In this document: one piece after another, positions 1-10,156 of the stretch
Numbering within the stretch: the stretch's first letter is position 1
Layout of the letters: each line of letters begins with the position of its first letter
Source: Leucoraja ocellata
Lineage: Eukaryota
Direction of reading: 5' to 3'
Length of the DNA stretch: 64,000 nucleotides
Assembly (NCBI GenBank): GCA_036785375.1
Contig: JAWMAR010001454.1
Span: 186,001 to 250,000 of the forward strand
Notes under the pieces: generated by a model
What the model saw: the letters and a program-made list of their open reading frames with translations, nothing else
Told to the model about the DNA's origin: nothing
Databases searched by the model: none
Translations under genes and position numbers: made by a program

Positions 1-274
1 AGGGGCCACAGGTTCAATGAAGGGGGCCACAGAGCTACCACCCTGTTGCCTCCTAAATTTCAGTTCTAATAAATTTAATTCTATGTAGTTGAAATATTTT
101 TGATGTTTGAGGAATAGAATAAAAGAGAATATATGTGCAATTAATAGACACTGATATTTTTATGGAAGGTATTATAATATTGAAGGACTTTTTTTCCGCT
201 AATAATGTCAGGGGCCACAGAAAAATTAAAAGATCCCAAGGGGGCCATGAGCTAAAAAAGGTTGGGAACCACTG
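1..274. mobile_element. End of a non-autonomous hAT-type DNA transposon (runs off the window's left edge)
   Basis: Ends in ...aggttgggaaccactg (reverse complement CAGTGGTTCCCAACC, a hAT Charlie-like terminal inverted repeat). It has repeated subterminal ggggccaca motifs and is followed by ccctaggc, which resembles an 8-bp hAT target. Confidence 0.6.
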
Positions 275-281
275 CCCTAGG

Positions 282-770
282 CGATCACCAGCTTGCCAAA
301 CACATTAAAACCCCCCTCCATTCCCACACTGTTCTTTCTGTCCTGGGCTTCCTCCACTGTGAGAGTGGGAAACGCAAATTGGAGGAACAACACCTCATAT
401 TTCGCTTCAGCAACCTAGAACTCAGAGGTATCAATATTGACTTTTCTAATTTCAAGTAGCCTTTGCATTCCATCTCTCTCCAGCCGCCTCCCACCCTCGT
501 CATCCGACTAGTTTCACTCCGGTCCTGTTTCGTTTCACTCTGTATCTACTCGTTATCACCATTTCTAGAGCAACAACGGATCAATGTGGCCTCGACCTTT
601 CCTTGTTCATCTTTGCTGGCTTTGATTTGTTCTTTTCATACCTTTCATTCATGTGTTTGTACATTCTCATACCTCTAGTTTCCCTCTCCTCTCATTCCAA
701 GTCGGAAGAAGAGTCTCGACCTGAATCGTCACCTATTTCTTTTCTCTGCAGATGCCTAACCTGTTGTTAC
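282..770 (+). mobile_element. Degenerate Penelope-like element 3' fragment
   Basis: ORF 262..459 encodes RKLEEQHLIFR..INIDFSNF, the C-terminus of the GIY-YIG domain also seen at 50041-50367. A degenerate hammerhead/pLTR (Penelope terminal repeat) sequence lies near 700-735. Confidence 0.7.
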
Positions 771-774
771 TCCG

Positions 775-1392
775 GAATTATGTTTGAGTATAGAAGCTGG
801 GATGTAATGTTAAAATTGTACAAGGCATTTGTGAGACCACATCTGGTGTATGGTGTACAATTTTGGTTGCCTAATTATAGGAAGGATGACAACAAAATAG
901 AGAGAGTACAGAGGAGATTTACTAGAATGTTGCCTGGGTTTCAACAACTAAGTTACAGAGAAAGGTTGAATAAGTTAGGTCTTTATTCTCTGGAGCGCAG
1001 AAAGTTAAGGGGGGACTTGATAGAGGTCTTTAAAATGATGAGAGGGATAGACAGAGTTGATGTGGACAAGCTTTTCCCTTTGAGAATAGGGAAGATTCAA
1101 ACAAGAGGACAAGACTTCAGAATTAAGGGACAGAAGTTTAGGGGTAATATGAGGGGGAACTTCTTTACGCAGAGAGTGGTGGCGGTGTGGAATGAGCTTC
1201 CAGTGGAAGTGGTGGAGGCAGGTTCGTTGGTATAATTTAAAAATAAATTGGATAGGCATATGGATGAGAAGGGAATGGAGGGTTATGGTATGAGTGCAGG
1301 CAGGTGGGACTAAGGGGAAAACAGTTGTTCGGCACGGACTTGTAGGGTCGAGATGGCCTGTTTCCGTGCTGTAATTGTTATATGGTTATATG
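775..1392 (+). mobile_element. CR1-type LINE 3' end, intronic downstream of CH2
   Basis: Encodes LYKAFVRPHLVYGVQFW..RVQRRFTRMLPG..LRGDLIEVFK..FFTQRVV..WNELP, followed by a tatatggt microsatellite tail. Confidence 0.85.
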
Positions 1393-1528
1393 TTTCTACT
1401 TGCGGTGTAAACCAGCATCTGTACTTCCTTCCTACACATAGACTTTCACAATGTCAGTGAAGTGCTGTCACCATGAGCGATAATGTTTACACTAATATCC
1501 CGAGACATACCACGGATGTATTTCTTAC

Positions 1529-1846
1529 CTTGAGGTATACTGATGTTTTGGCTTTTCAAATCGTTTTCATGCTTGACTTGGCAGGTATAGACGGAACCTT
1601 TGAACCACTCTCCAGCTGGGAATGTCAACTGGCTGGTCGCCGAGAAGTTATCGTTATCGTTCACCTGGAAGGCGGGAGAGGTGACGATGCCAGAATCCAA
1701 TGACTCGCCATTCTTCAGCCAGGTCACAGTAAACTTCGCTGGAGTGAAATCGTTGACCAAACACACGGCGATCGCTATTCTGCTGAGCTTGATTTCATCA
1801 AGGGCACTTATGGTAATGGAGACGTTAGGATGATGTACCACGCGGT
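1529..1846 (-). CDS. IgW: Immunoglobulin heavy-chain constant exon CH2 (C1-set), probably IgW
   Basis: Acceptor ttattttctttcag| and donor |gtaaga; 318 nt, phase 1/1. Translates to DRVVHHPNVSITISALDEIKLSRIAIAVCLVNDFTPAKFTVTWLKNG...YTCQVKHENDLKSQNISIPQ, with both Cys, the Trp and the YxCxVxH motif. Confidence 0.93.
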
Positions 1847-1984
1847 CTGAAAGAAAATAAACTTCATTGGAATTGCTCATAAACTATCGTCGATTAATAA
1901 TGACACCCAATATTTTGACCAAAAAAAACAAACAAAAAAAACAAAATTTCACTTTTTCTGATTAAAAGTAGCCTGGACTTGGAC

Positions 1985-2330
1985 TTTGCAGGAAGATTGT
2001 TCCCGATGTTGGGGAAGTCCAGGACAAGGGGTCACAGCTTAAGGATAAGGGGGAAATCCTTTAAAACCGAGATGAGAAGAACTTTTTTTCACACAGAGAG
2101 TGGTGAATCTCTGGAACTCTCTGCCACAGAGGGTAGTTGAGGCCAGTTCATTGGCTATATTTAAGAGGGAGTTAGATGTGGCCCTTGTGGCTAAGGGGAT
2201 CAGGGGGTATGGAGAGAAGGCAGGTACGGGATACTGAGATGGATGATCAGCCATGATCATATTGAATGGCGGTGCAGGCTCGAAGGGCCGAATGGCCTAC
2301 TCCTGCACCTAATTTCTATGTTTCTATGGA
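1985..2330 (+). mobile_element. CR1 LINE 3' fragment in the CH1-CH2 intron
   Basis: Near-identical to the 3' ends of the CR1 copies at 13900-14235 and 48770-49100; tatgtttc tail. Confidence 0.85.
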
Positions 2331-3104
2331 CTTCCCGAGATGCTGCTAAATTATTTGTTCATCGCGGTACATCGAGTGCTCGTAAATGTGGACATCATAG
2401 CTCGGTAAGTCGTTGTCACAGGGATGTGATGGGGCCGACTTCTGCTTTTGTTCTCTGTGACTGTGTCTGTGCTTTTAATACTCTTGATAATGTTCTCAAC
2501 ATGATGCACTCAGCCGCTTCAATTGTTCGCTAGTTAAAATGTAACCTATCTATGGATAGATCAGTTCCTCACGAATTATATGGATGTGCTGGTGATGATA
2601 ATACATTAATCAGTTCTTTTCAAGCTCTCTACAAGTACATGTTTGTTTTTTTATGATTTTGTAGATGGTGAATTGTCTCGATATTTGAAGCACCGCCTTT
2701 CGTTCCGTCACAAGAACGAACGCCAGTGCTTCAGTATTATGAATATCGCTCTGGCCCCTCGGTGTCAGGATATAAAACTCACCGTTTTATCGAAACAACA
2801 ACAGCAGATGTTGTTTGATTAAAAAAAGAAGCAAAGGGCTGGAATAATTTGGCGGATAAGGCATGTGTCACTTTCTATTGAGACTTTAAGCCTTTGGTAG
2901 TTAAATTGAGAATGGAATTTTATCAGTGTTCCAGATGTTACATGGCATCTGTGGATGCAGCCACACTTTCACATCACTGTATCGACATGAATTGTCTGTC
3001 TTTGACTTGTTGGATCGTGGAGCTCAGATGAGCGTTCGACAGTCAGTATGACATGAAGCATAAAACCGAACACAGCACATTAAGTCAAGTACTTATCTCC
3101 AATT

Positions 3105-3575
3105 GTCAAATCCCGTGGATTATATGGATTGCATCATGGCCTGTTTCGGGAACATCCAGGAGCGGAGAAGGCTGCAAAATGTTGTAACCACTGGCCAATC
3201 CATAACCGGCTCGGACCCCCCATCATCAAAGGGATGTATCGGAGTCGCTGCCTCCAAAAGGCAGCCAACATCATCAGAGACCCACACCATCCTGCCCACA
3301 CACTCATCTCACCACTGCCATCGGGAAGAAGGTACAGGAGCCTGAGAACTGTAAAGTCCAGGTTCAGGAACAGCTTCTTCCCTACAGCCGTCAGGCTATT
3401 AAACACTACAACCTCATATGCTCTAAACTACAATAGACTATTATTATTATTATTATTATTATCATGATTGCACTGTTATTGTTTGTTTTGAGTATGTGTG
3501 CATGTATACATGTAAACATTTCATTGTTCTATCTGGGACATATGACAATAAAACATTCTTGACTCTCGACTCTCA
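3105..3575 (+). mobile_element. Rex1/Babar-type LINE 3' fragment
   Basis: Encodes YRSRCLQKAANIIRDPHHPAHTLISPLPSGRRYRSL..RFRNSFFP, followed by aataaa and a ttgactc-type tail. Confidence 0.8.
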
Positions 3576-3613
3576 ACTCCACCCTCGGCCTCGCGCTGCA
3601 CCCCAACACGAAC

Positions 3614-3910
3614 CTGGTACTTTCTCTACATAGTCTGTTTGGTTGTGCTGAACCACGCAGAAGATGTCGCCTGTCCCTGCCTCCGCCTCGGTGATGGTTA
3701 ACTCGCTGCTCCGGGTGTAAGTTCCCAACTTATTGAATACTGCCGGGTAGTCCTTCACTCCGGTGGTCAGTTCTTTATCATCTTTCTTCCAAGAAACACT
3801 GGCGCCCGCAGGGGAATAGCCCAACGCCAAACAACCGTAGGTGAACGAACCACTGGAGCCGTGATCCTCACAGGTGAAGAGAATGAAGAGGCTGGGCGGG
3901 GATTGAGCCG
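3614..3910 (-). CDS. IgW: Immunoglobulin heavy-chain constant exon CH1, probably IgW
   Basis: Acceptor tttgccttgcag| and donor |gttcgt; 297 nt, phase 1/1. Translates to AAQSPPSLFILFTCEDHGSSGSFTYGCLALGYSPAGASVSWKKD...IFCVVQHNQTDYVEKVP. It has two canonical Cys, the Trp, and an extra N-terminal Cys at the usual light-chain-linking position. The IgW-versus-IgM call is from recalled resemblance, not a search. Confidence 0.92.
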
Positions 3911-4234
3911 CTGCAAGGCAAAGGCCACATGAATGTTAAACTCGTTAACCAGTTTTCTATTTCATGCAACTTCACCTGAGTATCATCAACTATTAGCTAA
4001 TCATTCCGCCTTGATCCCACCTTGGAAAACATTGGCTGAAAACTTCTTGGGGTGCCAATATCTGCCAGTTACTGTCCATATTAGAGTTGGAAATATATCG
4101 ATAGGCCTCCAGTATTAATTACTGTAAAATTCCCAGGGTTTCTCAGGAATGCACTATACTCAGTGGCTATAACTAACGTTGGCCTATGGGTTACAATCTC
4201 ACCAAACTCCTTGTTGCAACTGGGGATGATGGAG

Positions 4235-4675
4235 TAAGGGCGGAACTACAGGATACAGTTTAGACACGTGTGAGAGCCTCGTCTATGGGAAAAGTGGGGA
4301 ATACCCGCTCACTAAAGAATGAGGACCTCGGATATCCTGGGATGGAACAACTCGTCTTGGGAACAGTTGCGCGGAGGCGGATGAATTTGGGAGTAGGACA
4401 TAGAGCCTTTGCAGGAGGCAAGGTTGGAAGAGGTGAAGTCCCGATAGCTGTGGGAGTCCGTAGATTTGCAATTTATGTCAGTCGATAGTCTAACTCCTGC
4501 GATGGAGACGGTGAGATCAACAAAGAGGAGGTATGTGTTGGGGATGGACCCGGTGAATTTGATCTTTGGTCAAAGTTTGTAGACAATGAAGTCGATGAGT
4601 TCTGTCTGGGTACAGGATGAAGAGTTCGGGGATAGGGGCCAGTCTGTGTCAGGGGTTGTTCCATGTACCCAACTA
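4235..4675 (-). mobile_element. Degenerate Penelope-like fragment (RT C-terminal region) in the J-CH1 intron
   Basis: Minus-strand remnants resembling Penelope RT/linker (Y-VGY-EQ, ..LDY..). Heavily frameshifted. Confidence 0.55.
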
Positions 4676-4683
4676 AATGGAGA

Positions 4684-6230
4684 TTGGTGAAATGATGTGC
4701 AATGTTGGAAACAACATTTTCTCTGCTATTTGAATTATAGAACAGTTGTCCCACTAATCCGTGAACAGTGGGAATTGGAATCAATGGTTCAAAGGAGGGT
4801 TTGACTGACGTTCAAAATTACATTCGCATTTATTTAATTAAAATTAAATAATTTAGGTAGGTTTCGCTTGGGCCACTGTGCATGCCCATGGCGAAACTTT
4901 TGATTTGGAGGGAGAGGGAAGAGTTTTTGTTTTATAAATGTGTTCAGAGATTATCTGACAAAATCACAGAAAATGGAAGGGTAACGGGTTTTCCATGTCG
5001 GGCTCCCGAACATAATTTGGGAGAAGACAAAAATAAACAATCACAATCTTGTTCGTGAAATTTGGCCTTAAATGTGTCCATCGGATGAAACCAACTAAGG
5101 GGGTGGATGGGATTGAAATGGTAGCTCTGTTATTTAACAACAAATAACACACTTAAAATAACACACTTTTTTCTGTATTTTGTTGGCCCATCACTCACGA
5201 GAATATACCGATCATTTGTATGCCGACAGTAATTGCAAGTAAATTCCGAAACGCAAACCAGCCGACAAGAACATTATTCACACCAGATTAAACACATGTA
5301 TGAGATTACATTATAAGGATTAAAAATAACTCTCTCAATATAATATCTGAATTAATAGAGGTTATGTACCACACCTTCTGGAAACTAAATGTAGCATATA
5401 AATTGTAAGAACATGTAAATACTTCATAATTAAATAAATTGGTACAGGTTTCAATGTTTGTCTGTGTGCACCATTGCCTTAATGAATTCAATAATAATCC
5501 ATTGAAATGAATGTTTATACAATGACGCTCAGTTCCGTTTCCAGCATCTTTAAAACGCGTTTACGTTCACAATGTCATCGGCACTGAAGAACGAATGATT
5601 AACATTGTATCTCTGTCCGATAGGAAACGAATAAAAAATATACCAATTATAAATTACAACCTGCAATCTATTAAAATTGGCCAAGGGGATCAGAGGGTAT
5701 GGAGAAAAGGCAGGTACGGGATACTGAGTTGGATGATCAGCCATGATCATATTAAATGGCGGTGCAGGCTCGAAGGGCCGAATGGCCTACTCCTGCACCT
5801 AATTTCTATGTTTCTATGTAAAACAATATCTGAGTTTGCTTCGTGACTTTAACAGGAAAAGGTTTTAAGTCATATAGTAGTCTACGTTTAATAGTGAAAA
5901 TGCACAATGTTGCTAAATCAATGTTTTAATTAAATAAATGCAAATGTAAATGTGAACGTCACTCAAACCCTCCCCTAAGCCACCGATTTCAATTCCCAGT
6001 CTGTTCAAGGATTAGTGAGATACCCTGTTTTATAATTAAAATTAAGATAGCAAAGTCAGGGGATATGGGGAGAAGGCGGGAACGGGGTACTGATTTGGGA
6101 AGATCAGCCATGATCACATTGAATGGCAGTGCTGGCTCAAAGACCGAATGGCCAACTCCTGCACCTATTGTCTATTGTCTAAAATAGCAGAGAAAAATTA
6201 GTTTCCAACATTCCATTTTATTTCCCAATT
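4684..6230. repeat. Inverted duplication of ~160 bp (4684-4843 and 5924-6230; second arm interrupted by a CR1 tail at ~6043-6180)
   Basis: The reverse complement of 4684-4843 (ttttaattaaataaatgcgaatgtaattttgaacgtcagtcaaaccctcc...gtttccaacatt) aligns by eye with 5924 onward (ttttaattaaataaatgcaaatgtaaatgtgaacgtcactcaaaccctcc...gtttccaacatt). Confidence 0.85.
5938..5945 (+). promoter_or_regulatory. Perfect octamer ATGCAAAT in the J-CH1 intron (candidate intronic enhancer element)
   Basis: Exact motif at a position analogous to the IgH intronic enhancer. Function is not shown and a chance occurrence in AT-rich DNA is possible. Confidence 0.35.
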
Positions 6231-6584
6231 TTTCTTTTTTTTTTACCGTAACTATTCGTAAAACTGACATTTTTCATTAGCAATTTACTAATTAGGGAAA
6301 CATTTTATGTTTAAATGACATTGGGAGCCACAGACAAACATGGATTCAAATTCTCTTCCTAATAAATCCATGGATTAAACGTTATTCCAAAACTACAACT
6401 GTTCCGAAATCTCCCCATTATACATTCAACGCATTTTCCAAATGGGAAAAATCGTGATCTTTGACATAAAACAGGTTAGGCAGCAACTGTGGAAAGAGAA
6501 AACCAAGCATTTTCCATGTCGACTATCGTTGGGAGACTAAACCATGGCGAATTCAGTAGAGGTATCGCATAGAAATAGACCCTT

Positions 6585-6805
6585 CTGCCAACCAAATCCA
6601 GGGCCACTCACAAGTTCCACGTTATCACACTATCGCATTCACCCCCGACCCACCCGGGTCAATCACCCAGGTCATTTAACCTGCAAACCTGCACTCTTTT
6701 GGGTTGTGGGAGGAAAGCTGAGCACCAGTAAGAAACCACAGGGAGAACGCACAGTTCTCACCGTCTGCACCTGATTTCGGGAACGAAGTCTGGTCTCAGG
6801 CGCTA
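6585..6805 (-). mobile_element. Degenerate V-SINE (tRNA-derived)
   Basis: The reverse complement contains the V-domain-like ..gctttcctcccacaacccaaaagagtgcagg.. sequence. Confidence 0.55.
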
Positions 6806-7668
6806 CAACTTGTCATTCGGCTCCCCTCTATGGGACTTGTCTTTGGCCACAGGCTGCGTGACCCTCTAGGCGTTTGCAACATTTACTGTTCCTATTTATG
6901 ATTTCTAGTAATATATTCTTATTTTTATTTTTAAACATATATCTTCTTTGCGTTCATTGAAATAACATAATCGGACAACAGAAATACCCGGTCGCTGCCA
7001 CTCGAATTGAACGTACAAACACGTCAAACTGCGCAACAATATCGTCTCCCACAGTGACCGGCTGAATCATACCGCCGATGGGATGAATCACATACACAAA
7101 TTTGCTGAACCTCCACAAAAATCCAAATATCTCTGTCTAAACACCACCGAAATTCATTGTTCCAATGACCACAGAGCCAATTATTGTTGAAATAAAGATG
7201 AATAACACAATACACGTGGATTAACATGTCCATATAATGTGAATTTCCTTCAGTTCCTCTGTACCCAGTACACCTGGTACATTGTCATTCTATAGATCGC
7301 GTTTCACGGATTTCGCTTTCTTAGCTTTGCTGTAACATTGGTTCACATGGCCAACTCATTGTACTTCAAGATAGACAAAACAAGTTGGAGTAACTCAGCG
7401 GGACAGGCAGTGTTACTCCAGCTTTGTGTCAATCGGCAGCATAAATCAGCATCCACTATTCCTTCCTATTCATTGTACTTCAAGATATATAACTGCGCAA
7501 TTAACCCTGACCCTTGCACTTCTGTGTTTTGCTGCAAGATATTTTTACTTCTTCCATGCACGTTTTGTTAGCGATTGGATTAAAGGTGGCAAGGCGATTT
7601 CACCAATTAATACATACACTTTAAATACTTGAACATTTTACACCCAGGATTTATCCGTTACTATGTTT

Positions 7669-7840
7669 AAGAAGGAAATGCAGATGCTGGAGAATCGAAG
7701 GTACACAAAAAAGCTGGAGAAACTCAGCGGGTGCAGCAGCATCTATGGAGCGAAGGAAATAGGCGACGTTTCGGGCCGAAACCCTTCTTCAGACTGAACC
7801 CGCTGCACCCGCTGAGTTTCTCCAGCTTTTTTGTGTACCT
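7669..7840 (-). mobile_element. Short Penelope pLTR-derived insertion with an intact minimal hammerhead core and an internal inverted repeat
   Basis: 19-bp direct repeat tttatccgttactatgttt at 7650-7668 and 7841-7859. Minus strand 7792-7765 reads CTGAAGA-AGGG-TTTCGG-CCC-GAAACGTC. Confidence 0.75.
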
Positions 7841-8246
7841 TTTATCCGTTACTATGTTTGTTTCATATGTGCTGAGAAGAAACAAACTGAGACCAAATAC
7901 CTGCTGTTGATTAGAAAATACAGTTCGATGCATCGCAGATCAAGGACCACAACAATCTCAAACAATTAGAAAGCATAGTGAAAGCAAATTGATGCAAAAT
8001 TTTCCACTAATTTGGAACTAAACCGCATCCACTTCATAGTCAAAGGATCGAAAGTCATAGCACATAAGGCGTTTAAATCGGCAATCTCACTGCAGCAAAA
8101 TCACATAACATTCTAAAGCAACATCGATCCAGCATTGCAATGAATGGGTAATTAATGTAGAAGAACAATTTAATATAATTATTGGAAATATAGGTTAAAA
8201 TTACAACTGGATACATCTAGAGACTGAATATGATGAAGTTTCTTAC

Positions 8247-8294
8247 CGCTGGTTACCGTCACCATGGTTCCTCCTCCCCAGTATTCAAGATAGG
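8247..8294 (-). CDS. IgW: Immunoglobulin heavy-chain J segment
   Basis: Translates to YLEYWGGGTMVTVTS (WGxG motif) and ends in a phase-1 donor G|gtaaga that is in frame with CH1. Confidence 0.95.
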
Positions 8295-8333
8295 CACGGT
8301 GTTACATTCTATGGGCTTCTTCACACAATAACA
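8295..8333 (+). other. J recombination signal sequence (23-bp spacer)
   Basis: cacggtg (8295-8301), 23 nt, acaataaca (8325-8333). Confidence 0.85.
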
Positions 8334-8661
8334 TGATCTGCACAAGGCAGGCAAAAAAAGAACAAAAATCCTGTAATTATTCGTATTTCACATCTAAAGC
8401 AAATGCCTTATTGCTCTTTGAAAACAATGAATGCATTAAAAAAATAATTTCCAGCAATAATCACATATCACGGCCCCGTGTATTAAACAGGGCAGTGAAA
8501 TGTGATAAGAATCATCTACATATAAAATATAAATTAACTCAAGTTACCTCTACAATAAAATATGCGGAAATATTCCGGGACATGTTTATGCTCCTGTTGT
8601 ATGAAATATTAAATTGAAAATATCATATACTGGCCCAGATCACAGTATTATGGGTTGTGGA

Positions 8662-8729
8662 TGTTTTTGTATTGGTAGGAACCGCTGTGCCATATAGTAT
8701 ACACAGTGAAACATGTCATGTCAAATACT
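8662..8729 (-). other. D2 segment (coding 8690-8701, TATACTATATGG) flanked by two 12-bp RSSs
   Basis: J-side: cacagcg (8689-8683), 12 nt, acaaaaaca (8670-8662). V-side: cacagtg (8702-8708), 12 nt, tcaaatact (8721-8729). Confidence 0.88.
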
Positions 8730-8980
8730 TCGCTCTTCAAGAACTGATGCATGTACAACTAACAGAGGATGGATGTCCCAGGGGACTCTTCGCTGTCACT
8801 TGTAAAGCTAAACGCTGTTCTTCTAAAGCTCATGTAAAATAACGTTAATTGTTCGGAAGACAGTTGGACATTTCTGGAAACAATCCATGTAACTTTAAGC
8901 GGTGAAATTCATTAGAATTTGCTTCACACGGCCTCTCCTACGGTGCTTGTAGGTTGGAGCAGGATACAACTAGGTGCCCA

Positions 8981-9057
8981 GGTTTTTGTACGAGGAAGTC
9001 GCTGTTTGCAGCACCGTGACCCCACTGTACACAGTGAGACAGACCCGCACAAAAACC
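8981..9057 (-). other. D1 segment (coding 9019-9029, TACAGTGGGGT) with a 12-bp RSS on the V side and a 22-bp RSS on the J side
   Basis: Perfect consensus cacagtg (9030-9036), 12 nt, acaaaaacc (9049-9057). Also cacggtg (9018-9012), 22 nt, acaaaaacc (8989-8981). Confidence 0.93.
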
Positions 9058-9392
9058 TCACATACAGTTCACACTCAGGTTTCATTTGAAACACGATTTT
9101 AAATGGTCCAGCAGTTCACCGAGAACACAGTAAATATACATAACACCAACAATCTCCCTTCGTCTCACTTGCGTTATGGAATGAGTATATTTTCGTGGTC
9201 TATGATTTTACACAACGCTATCGGTATGCGTGAAGCGAAATAAAAAACCTCATACATTTGGTTACATTTTTGAATATCGTGTTGGATTTGCGAATGGTAG
9301 TTTGCCTCCATTTCCCGACTGTTATTATAGCTGTTGAAATAATTGCTCACCTCTAGTCTTTGATGGTAAAAGCTGGACTTCCCAACCGTTGC

Positions 9393-9431
9393 CGTTGTTG
9401 TACGGGTCTGACACTGAATGCTCACACTGTG
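9393..9431 (-). other. V recombination signal sequence (23-bp spacer)
   Basis: cacagtg (9431-9425), 23 nt, acaacaacg (9401-9393). Confidence 0.9.
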
Positions 9432-9735
9432 TCTGTCGCACAGTAATAGACAGCGGTGTCTTCGATCTTCAGGTTCCTGGCGATCACGGTGAACATATTA
9501 TTCGAATTGTCTGTGGACGGAGTAAATCGGCTCTCTATCCCCGGAGCGAAGTAGCTGGTGGAAGAAGCGCGGTAAGCAAGTAGCCACTCCAGCCCCTGCC
9601 CGGGGACCTGACGGACCAAAGACATATAGGTGCTGCTAAGTGTGAACCCGCTGGTTTTACAGTTCAGTGTGATGGAGCCTCCAGGAACGGCGGTCCCTGT
9701 CTTGGGCTGAGTGAGAACGATCTCGGAATGGACAC
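9432..9735 (-). CDS. IgW: Immunoglobulin heavy-chain V exon (germline, unrearranged), probably IgW VH
   Basis: Acceptor ttttaacttgcag|, then an open frame [101 protein letters not shown], followed directly by the RSS. Confidence 0.95.
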
Positions 9736-9909
9736 CTGCAAGTTAAAAAAAAGGCATGAATGGCGAGGATAAAATATTGACCATGAATCCCCCACTCTAA
9801 TTATCAATAGGAAATACATTGGGAGGGTTCTAGAGTGGGTAGAAGGGGAATGGTGTAGGGGATATAGCACTGACAAATGCGTGAGGAATTTGTCCAACTC
9901 ATTACTCAC

Positions 9910-9955
9910 GGACTATTAACGCCAGGAACAGACTGAGTGAAACCGCAGACATCAT
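9910..9955 (-). CDS. IgW: Leader (signal peptide) exon of the VH gene
   Basis: 46 nt, MMSAVSLSLFLALIV plus 1 nt, donor |gtgagt. A 174-nt intron splices it in frame to V. Confidence 0.92.
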
Positions 9956-10045
9956 CCCGCTGGGAAGTTTGACCCGGTTGTTTCTGTACAGAACCTCGCA
10001 ACAAACCCACTGCAAGGAAGTTGGACTTCGGCCCGTCTTAGAGAG

Positions 10046-10156
10046 AATTAAATACCCGGCAAAAGTGGGCGCGGCTGTGGGTGGGACCAGTGGTGCCGCG
10101 GGCGGAGCTGAGACACGGCTCCAAACTCAACAGCGAGATGGACTCACGATATCACA
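10046..10156 (-). promoter_or_regulatory. Probable VH promoter: TATA-like TATTTAATT (10054-10046), GC-rich block, decamer-like TGTGATATCG (10156-10147); no octamer
   Basis: Motifs lie 90-200 nt upstream of the leader ATG. Cartilaginous-fish IgH promoters are known to lack the octamer. Confidence 0.5.

Noticed and set aside
1446-1528. Read-through of the CH2 donor giving a tail GKKYIRGMSRDISVNIIAHGDSTSLTL
   Set aside because: A strong gtaaga donor is present, the tail has no Cys and no resemblance to a secretory tailpiece, and there is no nearby minus-strand polyA signal outside a CR1.
3573-3613. Read-through after CH1 (GSCWGAARGRGWS) as a one-domain secreted form
   Set aside because: The frame ends at the boundary of a Rex tail, and splicing at gttcgt gives a correct in-frame join to CH2.
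7050-7056. Extra heptamer cacagtg (also at 36891 and cacagta at 8641)
   Set aside because: No nonamer at 12 or 22-23 nt spacing, so these are not additional D or J segments.
9432-9735. Alternative identity as IgNAR or TCR V
   Set aside because: Full-length FR2/CDR2, GLEW, a WGxG J, two D segments and a CH1 with a light-chain Cys fit a conventional heavy chain.
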